DNA of 64,000 nucleotides from Styela clava (Eukaryota). Of the stretch, positions 54,101-64,000 are shown one piece after another. The stretch covers positions 6,510,001 to 6,574,000 of the forward strand of contig NC_135254.1 in the NCBI RefSeq assembly GCF_964204865.1, read 5' to 3'. A program made the position numbers and the translations under genes. The notes below the pieces were generated by a model. It had not been told where the DNA came from. It worked only from the letters and a program-made list of their open reading frames with translations, and ran no database searches. Position 1 is the first letter of the stretch, and each line of letters begins with the position of its first letter.

Positions 54101-57100
54101 AAAAAACTGAATTTATAGATTGTATTAGTCTTCTTGCTGGAAATTGGTCAACTTGAATTTCATGGATAAACTGACCAGCAGTCACATGTAAAATGTGACA
54201 CCCGAATGATGTCGATGTCATTTATTAGTGAGATAAGAATGTTTGATATATCAAACAATACACTTATTCGTAATACATTCTGTGATAATATTTTCCAGTA
54301 TGTGATATGGAATATCTAACTCAAGTCATGTTTAATAACATACGGTAGGAAATACAAAAAAGTTAAGAGAAACTTTACAGTAGTTTTAGTTTGGCAATTG
54401 TCTGATATGACAATTTTTGAATAAAACTATACTTAAATTTTCAATATTTCATAGAATTGAATATAAATATCTGTATAAAATATTCAGTCATCTTGGATAT
54501 CTCTGGAATATGGGCAAGCATGTATGGCCCTATTCTGATGAAGCCATGTAATCACACGTTAAAAGGACAATCCATTACCCCATTACTAGATATGCTACGC
54601 CATTCAATACGCTATTCAACTGAACAAGATAAATGAGTATGTCTTCCTGTTGCAGGGTTGATTGCCTTTTCAAACGGAAGTTCTGATCTTTAAATCAATT
54701 GACAATGTGACATTGACTGATGCACTATGCTGGGATAAGCAATTTATGTGCATGTGCTTCTAATTCTATATTTATGTTTCTGCCACTTTTCGTTTGATTT
54801 GTCTCTTTGTTTCGATTTAAAGAACACCAATAGACAAATTAATGAATCGAGTTCAATATTGTTTACTCATTGCTCAAACATTTCGGATATTTTAGCTCTT
54901 GTATTATGCATTATTGCATTCATTCTCTTGTTTGAAAATTGAAGTGATGATTGAAAGAATAAAATAAATAAATGATTAAAAAAGGTCAAGAAATATCGCT
55001 TCAAAGTCAATGGCCTACTATAGCTAATGCTCACATATGCAGATATGCTGGTGCAAGATTTCTTTTTTTTTTTTTTTTTTTTTTTTGAAAAGCAAAAAGT
55101 AAAAATATTAAAATTTTGCTGGTTGCGTGACATCAAATAAGATGGAAATTCACATTCATTCTGAAGGAGAGAAAACATACAACATTGCACATTAAATATT
55201 ACCAGTTACCAGTCAGAATTACCACCAGAGCACTGTGATGGAAAAAATGATAACATGTGAAAAAGTGGCTCTTTATTTGAAGCCTTGTTTAATGCAAACA
55301 CACAAAAAATCTCAAAACACAACCCAAGTAAAAACATAACCGGTGGACTATGCCAGAACAATGAAGAAAATTTTTCAACTCCCAGCTATCGTGAACAATT
55401 GTCCACATCCTTGTTTAAAAATAAGATAAAATGTTATTATTAGAAAACAGTCCCAATTTATATTTGCTACTCTTCTTGAAAACAACATAAAGATACAAAT
55501 AACATTGGGCGTTCACAATTAAATGTACAAAGTGTGAGTGGTATCAAAATTGATTCAATATCAAAAAATTTGTACATTATAATAGTGGTGATCGGTCTCA
55601 GTAAATATTATAACCTGTGTTTTAGAAATGTAACCATTTTTATATAATAACAAGAAGGTGCAAGATTTCTTAATAACCTGGGATAAATTAACCCACGGGG
55701 TAATTAAATCCAAAATGAAAACAATGAAAAATCAAATCTAAAGCCCACAACCAATCTGTGATTCGTTGAGCATTATCTGTTACTTCGCCAGACATCAAAA
55801 AGTTAGTTGTTTAAAGCCATTGCCATGGTATCAAACAATGAAATGATTTTGATCATTTTGTTTTTCAATAAATGAGCACCGTTAAGAATACGGTACTGTA
55901 CTACTAACCAGATTTGCTTAAAAGGTAAAAAAAGGTAAAAAAAAGGTTAAAAAGTGGAAAACAGTAAAGAACCACTGTGCCAGCAAATATGATCCATATA
56001 AAAAGAAGAAATATGTCACTTTTAATATCTATTATAACAACCATGACCAAACGAAAAGATTACTGGATTACAAAATTCACATTTGATTTTATGACAATAA
56101 AATGGTCATAAAATTTATTTTGCTCTGTGTTTCTGCGGTCAACCATGACACAATTGTCAACAATGAGTTTTATGAGCTAACAAAAGGAAGTACTGGTTGC
56201 TAAAACACTCTAATACCACGAGATAAATATTTTCAATGACGAAAGCACTTCTTATTAACAGACAAAAGGCCAAGAGGCTTCATATTAAAGATCACAAAAT
56301 GGAGTCATATGATTCAGAAAAATATCCGTCTGAACAAATATTATAACAGCTAATATTCACTTCATCAAGCAGCAGAACACGCCCAAAAGAAAAATGAGCA
56401 AATTCCAGCTATTTGCAGAAACATGTGACTAATATTTTCATGTTACAAATGATTAATCAGATATTTGAACCTTGGGTGTCACTGCTTGATAAGCTTTGTT
56501 TCCCGCAGCTTTCCTTCCACAGTAAAATGTGTGTTCAACTATATTCAATCAAATTTTACATGCTACTATTTTACTGATTGGAAAAAATAAACTTGATTGT
56601 GACTAAATTAGCTATATTTTTCAGTTGTGGCCTAAAATCATGGTAAATTAAACTAAATAAAAAGCTATATATGGTGATCTAAACCGTGAAACGTCTGCCA
56701 ATAATTTTTAATTGATATGAACAAATATGTTCCAAACGACATATTAAATTAAAAATATGATATTAAGAATTTCAACTAAATTTCAATTCTTCAGTTTCAG
56801 TTCTTTTGAAAATTGTTGCTTCTTGTTTGACAATGTCTGCTTGAATGAAGTCTTATTTAATAAAGTGAAGTTGTAAAAAGTGAAGATGTAGATGACAAAA
56901 CTAATTCCCAAAAAATAAGACAGAAAATATATTCCTGATAGGAATATGCCTCCTGCATTAATATGCCTTAATATTTTTTCTTCAATATCTCGCACCTTCG
57001 AATTGCCATGATAAATTAGTAAACTACTTTAATAACTGCCAGCTCTACAAACCTAATTCATATAATCTAATATTACCGGTAAGTAACTTTATGCAAAAAT

Positions 57101-60100
57101 AGGCAAAAACTAAGACGATTATTTGAATCTAAGGTATTAAATGCAATTTATTAATCATTGAACCATTTCCGGTTTAAAAAGAACGGAATTAATCATCATT
57201 TCAATCTACATTTTGTACAATTAATTACATTTAGTACAAATATGAAAATTATTGTTAATGCAAAGGCTGAGATTAATAAATACAGTACCATTAGAAGTCA
57301 AAGGTCATGATTTTTGAAAAATAGAGCATGTTGTTCATAGTGTAATAATAACTTATAAAGAAAAAGGATAGATGAAAGTGCTCAGCGATGAAGTAGTAAA
57401 GAATGCGCAATAAGTGTCAGATTCAACGTCAAGTTGCCTTAGATTTTATTTTCTGCTGTTTATACACAAAGCTGAAGTCCTTACGAATCAGTTCCTACTT
57501 GTACAGTACTTTATGTAGAGTTAAGTTATAATAGGGCCTCATAGGGAAAAAAAAACTAAAATACTAAAAATTCCTCAAAAATGACTCTAACATAAATGAT
57601 TCTAAAATAACAAATTAATAATTATCCAGTTAGGGTTAGGAATAATTTGAAAATTTGAATTCCCAACGCAATCCGCATTCCTAACCCTAACCCATGACTA
57701 ACTAATTACTGATTTTTTTATTTTGAGCGGTGACGAGGGTGTTTTTTTGGCTTCGGCTTTGTACAAAACATCCCTCAAAAAATTGAAACAGCATTGGCAA
57801 ATTACTAAAAATGAAGAATCTACAAATAAACTCAAAGTCAACCAGTGAAGTATACTATCACCGATAACCTGCCAATATGTTGGAAGACTACTATTACCAG
57901 TAAATGAAACCTACAAACATACAATTTCTGATTCAAAGCACTGATTTTCCCAGCATTACCTAGTAATTATGGGATCACCAAACCACGTTGAATGTTCATT
58001 TAATCATAACATCGTATCAAAGTCAGTGGAGCATAAACTATTGAAAATCATAGCATGACTGTTGCCACATTTGTATTAGCTGATAATTAAATTATTCCTT
58101 ATTTGTTGTATTATATTATTATATCAATTACTTGGTTGTCAACTACTTATTAACCATCAAATATAAAAATTCAAAATTTGAAATATGGAAAAATCAATTG
58201 TTTTCATAAGTTACATTTATGTTCATATATTAATAATAATAACTTAAATATATTATTTCAAAAACTTGCCATTTTCAGCAAAAAATTGAGAAGAAATCTT
58301 GTAAAAGCATTGTTACTAGACATGGCATATAATTGAAAAAATAACAAAATAATATAGGAGAATCTAAAATAGTAGCACAATTTCAAACAAAAATGTGGCT
58401 ATTTCATATCAATCTTAGTTGCGGCAATTATTCCCAATGTCCAGTAATGAATGTTATTGTGAAGTTTTAAATTCAAGATTGTAGGATAAAGATGCTGATA
58501 AATGTCATTGTCATAACTCATAAATGTAATGACGCTTTGATTTTGAGGTGAAACAATCAATAATGGCCGTCTCGGATAGTAAATGCGATTTAGATGCTGG
58601 CTCAGATATGATATATCCTATTTATTAACTGTACCAGTTAATTTTTCACATAAAAGTGAGATTTTTGGACGGTTTTCGTGCCTAACACCAATTTTCAATT
58701 AATATTAACATTTTACATTTAGGTTGAAAGACCATACCACCTTAGTTAGAAACTGTAAATTAGCGATATCTCTTACTCACCGGCTGGTATGGATTATTTA
58801 ATTACTGTAAAATCACAGTACATTCACTGCTTTTTTGTACATAGGTAATCTCTAGCAATCTACTTTCGAACTTTTGAAACAGACACCCAACTTCATTATT
58901 AATTCATTAGCATATTGACCGAACAAAAGCATCAAGAGCCATCTGATACTTGTTAATAGAAATACAATTGTTTTCAAAAATCAATAACTCAACCATTTGC
59001 CACTATCAATTATTGAAAGCTCACAGAATGTAGACAAATATACGAATGTTCTCAGAAATTACAATGTTCAATGTTAGGTGTTGCTGACCCAAAGACTCGC
59101 ATATGATCCCATAGTTCAGGGGTCGGGAAACTTTTTGGTCAAGAGAGCCATAAGGGGTACATATTTTCAATTGCATTACCGAGCGAGTTATATAGCATTT
59201 CTTCCTTAATCAGGCTCACATGCAGCACAAGTTGAAATATACGTTACTCCTCACCCTTCTTTAGTTCAGACATCTTCGTAGTATTTTACTAGCTAGCTTT
59301 GCTAGTACGATCTAAATATGACAAATACTGTAACCAGCACGTACAAATGGACGAAAAGCTTTTGCTGCAATCTCGTAACAATAGTAATCTTAGCCTTAGA
59401 ATATTAGATTTCTCTGGGAGCCACATGCCGTCACCAGAAGAGCCAAATACGGCTCACAAGCCATGGGTTCCCGACCCCTGCCATAGTTCATTACGCCCAC
59501 TCATTCATTGTTATAAACCACAAATACATATTTTCATTATGTATAACATTGTTATTATGTTCATGCCTCTTTATAGGCACTTTTAAATTACCTTGTGCAT
59601 TGATTTTGCATGATGAAATAAATATATGTATCTGAATTTAATAAAATGAGATTCGTAAATCTAACTGACATAACTTAAACAATTTAATTTGAACTTGAAT
59701 GTCTATTCTTGCTGTTCCAACTCAAACAGTCACATCACGGAGAAACCTACTGCAAACATGGAAGATTAATCTCAAGATTTTAAAAACTCACAGAATTAAA
59801 TCAGTGAATATTCAAATATGAAATTAAATTGTCTAATTTAATTAAGTTTGTATATGATTGCGAAACCTCTGTCACAAGCCATTATTCCTGCAATGCAGAC
59901 TCAACCACAACACCTTCTGTATTCTATGTTTTAATCCTATTATCAGTTCGAAGACTAGCCAAGAGCCTCCCGTAGTATTTATGCCTAAAATGATGGCCTA
60001 ACCCTAACCTAGTACACATATTACATTCCGATGTCCGCCATCTTGGTTCGTATACTTCGGGAGCCCCCATTGTTCTATATAGAATAAAAACGATAACCCT

Positions 60101-60951
60101 CTCATCATTTGAATATGCACACCCTTAGTACCATCCTAATTCTTGACATCAAGGCCAGAACTTTTAACCGAACAATTTCCTCCTAAACTGAAGTTCAACT
60201 ACAAAATGCCAGGAAATAAATGTGTATGGATGTAATCACGGCATTTTCTCTCATAAATTGCTCAATATAGGAAATATTAACCTTCAAGTTGTCTGAGAAA
60301 CATTCGGAAACAAATAAAGTGAAAGATCTGCCCTTTTGTGCAAACAGTACAGTCATACTATCAATTTTGACGCAGGGTTTTGTAGTTAACAGAAACCCCA
60401 AACCAACTATTTCTACTTATATGATTGGATTGCTTTATAGACTCCAATCAAATAGAAAAAATTATCTTGAATAACAAAATGGCTAGATTTTTAGATATTC
60501 CTCGACTATCTTCTCGTATCGTTTATCAAGTAGAACTATTTTGTTTTCTGTATTGCATTCCACAAACAGAAATGAAATAGTTTTATTCAATCCCAAGCAC
60601 CAATATTAAACAGATGGGAGGCATACATGCGAAAGTGTGGGATCTCTATTATGTATCTTGTTACAACATCTTTGCGGTCAGCATATACTAATCTACCAAC
60701 ACAAAAGCTGAGGAAAACAAGCTGAAGTTAGGTATATTCTACTTCAAGAAACCACAGATTATAAAGTGTGGGATCTCCCTTATGTCTCTTGCTACAACAT
60801 CTTTGCAGTCAGCCTCTACCAATACAACAATATAAAAGCAAAGAAAAATGAGCTGGAGTTCTACTTCAAGCAACTACATGTTTCAGATTATGAACTCACC
60901 ATATTTATTGTCAGAGTCTTCGTCATTTTGTCCACTGCAGCAGGATCCCAT
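33064..60951 (-). CDS. SLC44A2: Choline transporter-like protein (SLC44A2/4/5, CTL2-type), complete, 757-770 aa depending on terminal exons
   Basis: First coding exon 60951-60900 or 48201-48171. Common exons 47745-47623, 47014-46924, 46388-46304, 45960-45751, 45041-44880, 44539-44406, 43792-43651, 42987-42885, 42638-42539, 41872-41674, 40858-40779, 40390-40293, 39568-39481, 38107-37909, 37300-37183, 36598-36483, 36070-35986. Last exon 35512-35403 or 33191-33064. All GT-AG and phase-consistent. Motifs: [95 protein letters not shown]. Assignment among SLC44A2/4/5 is uncertain. Confidence 0.93.
35403..35512 (-). CDS. SLC44 alternative last exon A: [36 protein letters not shown]
   Basis: Acceptor ccacctag|TG in phase 1; conserved CTL C-terminal motif; TAA stop. 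Confidence 0.88.
36764..36979 (+). mobile_element. Modular MITE family, ~215-bp class (other copies 27171-27380 +, 50580-50786 -, 52181-52380 -)
   Basis: About 25-bp imperfect TIR GGGCGCTCCAGAAGTATGTGTACCA / GGGTACTCCCGTAGTATGTGTACCA; four clearly homologous copies. Confidence 0.85.
38318..39251 (-). mobile_element. piggyBac-like non-autonomous element, copy 2
   Basis: TTAA|CCT...AGG|TTAA boundaries; homologous to 7381-8189. Confidence 0.72.
43189..43505. mobile_element. hAT-type MITE
   Basis: CAGGG...CATG ends, CGGACC repeats, TSD CTCTATAC/CTTTATAC (7 of 8 match). Confidence 0.68.
45074..45385 (-). mobile_element. Helentron/HINE-like non-autonomous element, copy 2
   Basis: Reverse-complement homolog of 1433-1718. 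Terminal hairpin ACTTACCGAT-taaa-ATCGATAAGT and GACA-type microsatellite. Confidence 0.62.
48171..48201 (-). CDS. SLC44 proximal alternative first coding exon: [10 protein letters not shown](G)
   Basis: ATG at 48201, donor G|gtaaga in phase 1. Candidate upstream acceptor near 48254. Confidence 0.78.
48365..48694. mobile_element. hAT-type MITE
   Basis: TIR CAGGGCTACTCA / TGAGTAGCCCTG, TSD ACCTACTA/GCCTACTA (7 of 8 match). Confidence 0.78.
49771..50238. mobile_element. hAT-type MITE hosting a nested insertion
   Basis: CAGTGATTTCAAAC...GTTTGAAAACCACT; internal homology to 28881-29168. Confidence 0.7.
50030..50209. mobile_element. Nested hAT-type MITE
   Basis: Perfect 13-bp TIR CAGTGGTGGGATT and exact 8-bp TSD GGCGTGAC. 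Confidence 0.88.
53180..53360 (+). repeat. Dispersed repeat, homologous to 57626-57805
   Basis: Shared GGAAT.ATTTGAA.ATTTGAATT.CCAAC ... CTCAAAAAATTGAAACAGCATTGG. Confidence 0.7.
59117..59480. mobile_element. hAT-type MITE
   Basis: TIR CAGGGGTCGGGAA / TTCCCGACCCCTG, exact 8-bp TSD CCATAGTT. Confidence 0.88.
60632..60891. repeat. Tandem duplication, two units of ~130 bp
   Basis: Units start AAAGTGTGGGATCTC at 60632 and 60763, both end CAGATTAT. Confidence 0.85.
60900..60951 (-). CDS. SLC44 distal alternative first coding exon: [17 protein letters not shown](G)
   Basis: ATG at 60951, donor G|gtgagt in phase 1 matching the acceptor at 47745. Acidic-YG end resembles CTL2/CTL4 N-termini. Confidence 0.75.
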
Positions 60952-61528
60952 ATCTTTTTATTGTTCAATCGAAGAGTTAATTTTCTCTCGGTTTTTAGAG
61001 TAATATTTCTTCGCAAAAAGGCACGACAAAATTTCCAACGCCCTGATGGAAAGGAGTTTTTGATGATTTGAGTATTTTTTTGATTATTTTTGAGATAAGA
61101 ATCAATTGTTCGAACTCTGGGGAAGATGTTTAAGTGCTCTTGAAAGATTTTTTCAGTTTGTTGTGAAACCAAATATATTCTTTTATTGTTTGTGGTATTT
61201 ATCTAGAAAAAGCTGAAAATATAAGACAAAGGTTTTAAAGCATAATAAAAAATAACATGACCGAATTAGGAGCTAGGCATTGATACATAACAAATCAAAA
61301 TAATTCATCGCCGAAGTTTCTCATTTTTTTGTTTTTGAGGTTGAGTTGAAGCCAAATTGTTTTCTTGAAAACCTCTTTCAAGAAGACTCTTTTACTGTCT
61401 TCTCAAGACTCCGGATTGTCGCTCTCTTGAAGCTACCAAATGAAAACATGTAGATATTAAATCACTACCAGACTTCTTTACTACTACTGCTGATACTGTG
61501 ATAAGGACATAACATAAGCATTGCTCAG

Positions 61529-61987
61529 GGCGCATGTTCACTAAACGTAGAAAGTTCTTCTATTTAGCGTGGCACAACTATTTTTGCATATGTTCTTCCT
61601 AACTCCCACCGGGCTCCGTAATCCCGAGATTATGTCACTATGACCTCACAATCACGTCAAATAACTTGCCAAAGTATAGCTACAATCGCCTGAAATGGCA
61701 TCTTCGCCAACAATAACGAACTCCATAACGCCAGCGATATCTCTCATGTCAGGACCAGTACGACAAGAAAACAAGATAAATAGCTTGCTCAATTTCGGGT
61801 GATCGTCTGCGCGTCTTGGATGACAATTAGCATAGTTTGGGGCCCCAATTACGTTACTGTGATGTCGTAGTAACATAATTTTTGAATGACGTAGTCGGGT
61901 GGGGGTAAGGAATAACATACGCAAAAATGGTTGTGCCACGCCAACTCTGCAACTAGAAGTACTTACGTAGTGTTGTGAACATGGTCC
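61529..61987. mobile_element. Long-TIR MITE, Merlin-like (GG...CC ends, 8-bp TSD)
   Basis: About 100-bp imperfect inverted arms (GGCACAACTATTTTTGCATATGTT / AACATACGCAAAAATGGTTGTGCC), exact TSD TTGCTCAG. Superfamily is inferred. Confidence 0.72.
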
Positions 61988-64000
61988 TTGCTCAGCATGA
62001 AATTAACTTTATGGACTCGACCTTTACAAGTAAAAACACAGTAATTTATTAATTAACTCATTTCAAAATCGATGGGAGTAAAAAAATTTAACAGCGATAG
62101 TCTATATACAAATAATGGACTAAACCCCAATCCTGCAGAATTCCATAACTCCATAATTTTTAGTTGGTCAAGTTACAGTTGGTCAACGAAATGCATAGGT
62201 ACCGGTACCGATACATTTATTCACCAAACCTATCAACTATAGAATAATCCTGTAATCCAACAAACTGTCACTACCCTGAATGTAACAATTATCTCCAAAA
62301 TATTTTCCACATCGAGGGTCCTCAACCCACTACAAATCGGTATTAGTCACATGTACTGTCACAAATACGGATCACTCATTTATAAAGGGCCCTATGATAA
62401 CAACATTACGGACGTCATTACAATAGAGCAGATCGCCAATTTTGTATTTTTAGCAGAAATCTTAACTGTATGTCACTGTTCACAGCGTTTTAACACAAAA
62501 TTACTTAGAATTTCGTCCAAGGGTTAGTTATGATAAATACTGAATTACTTTCCTTCTTGCTGGTGACAACTTGCGGCCGAATATTTTTTACAATTGTTTT
62601 CCTGCTACACGACTGCTCGAAAGGCATTTTTAAATGTTCGATATTGAAGCAATATAACACCAACTTCCATTAGCCGTGTATTTAAAACTGTGAACTCCTA
62701 TAAAGATCCCAACTTTTACCTTCATGAGAAAATCGTCAAGATTAAGGCTGTTAGGACGATATATATATATCGGAAGAAAAATAATTTGTGATACACATTT
62801 GCTTACTTTGACGAGAAGTAATTAAAACAATTAATATTTTCATAAACTACACGTAAACCAGTTCGTGCGCGTCAGCACTCTCAAAGTAAGCATACCGAAT
62901 CCAAGAGTCTGGAAAACAGCCATTTATACAGCGCCATTTGCTTAGCGAGTGGTCTATTGCCTGAGAACCACAAGGAGTGTTGCTTGATGTTGATCGTATG
63001 GCGCTTGCATAGTTTCCCACGAATCGCTATTTTGTTAACTTCGCAATCCCGAAGTTGATAGTTAGGCACACCAACTTAGATAACTAATTTTTTCGATGAT
63101 TTTCAACAGTTATACCTGCATTTTTTTCCTAAATACTATCACCTTGCACCAGTACCAATGTGCGTCGTTCGTGTTCATAATTTGAGGGTTGCTCTCTCGT
63201 TTATTTTGTTAAATAATGAGTTTTGCGTTGAATGGTGAATTATATCTTCTGAAATGACCAAATCCAAGTGAATATTATAAAAGCGACAGTTAGTGCTGTA
63301 AATCACTGATTAAAAGTCTACGGATGTGGGAAAAACATCCTTGATTAAAGCTAGACCAAGTAAACAAACAACCTACCAATAGTTAATTTAAATAGACATT
63401 CGCTGAAGACAAAGCAAATTCAGAAAGCTGAACCCTCCTTTGGCCAAAATCTTAAAACTCGAAAGGCGCCGCCAAAGGAGAACATGAAACAACCAACTGA
63501 CAACTTGTCGACAAGTAAGTCGATCAACTGCGTGGAACATCTGTGTGAAGTAACGATTAGTGCAAAATTAAATCCCTAAGATGCGTACAATGGAAAATGG
63601 CCGACATTTCTGATCATCGTCACCGAAACGTCGTTTGCCGAGCGTACGAGCGGTTTTATCAGTTCTGTCTTCTTTCGCGAAATAACGGTCTGCTCACCAG
63701 CACCCAATTGCGCTGAAAAATGTCATTATTGTGAGTTGAAATTTTGTTTTGAAACTTTTCTAATTAAAATTGTTGACTCGAACCCAATTTTGAATCAAAC
63801 GTATGGCATTTTTACCATTAGTTTAGAAAGCACTGGACTACGCAAAAGACTTTGACTCTTAGAAACTTGCTTTCTATTTTACGCGGACAATATTATCATT
63901 ACCGACCCCGTGATTTGATATTCATGAAGTTAATAGTTGATTTTTTTTATATTTGTATCTATCCACCGCGTCTGAGGTATTTTCGCATTAAATACCAATA

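Noticed and set aside
56783-56995. 70-aa ORF with a hydrophobic stretch
   Set aside because: GTG start, composition explained by AT richness, and no recognisable homology or compatible splice sites.
60888-61172. 94-aa minus-strand ORF as an N-terminal extension of SLC44
   Set aside because: Non-ATG start and out of frame with the MGSCC start and its phase-1 donor; more likely 5' UTR.

Overview
AT-rich eukaryotic (metazoan) genomic DNA with spliceosomal introns. The compact introns and dense MITE content suggest an invertebrate, possibly an ascidian, but that is inference only. The window holds two convergent multi-exon genes, both reconstructed by hand with consistent splice phases. (1) Plus strand: the 3' part of a divergent RNF213/mysterin-like AAA+ ATPase/E3 ligase (21 exons, about 3,060 codons visible, 221-26184; 5' end lies outside the window). 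Its AAA motor motifs are intact, but the RZ zinc finger is missing inside one continuous exon and the RING has lost two canonical E2-contact residues, so it may be a motor-active, ligase-impaired paralog. One intron is GC-AG and splits a Walker A-like motif. (2) Minus strand: a complete SLC44A2/4/5-type choline transporter-like gene with two alternative first coding exons (both MG..CC acylation-type starts) and two tandem-duplicated alternative last exons, one ending in EPIYEEVE. Between the genes is a ~45-bp tandem array interrupted by a MITE. Introns carry many non-autonomous DNA transposons (hAT-like with 8-bp TSDs, Tc1/mariner-like, piggyBac-like, Helentron-like, Merlin-like, and a ~10-copy modular MITE family). 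No rRNA, tRNA or CRISPR array is supported. Comparisons to human proteins are from recalled sequence, not a run alignment.
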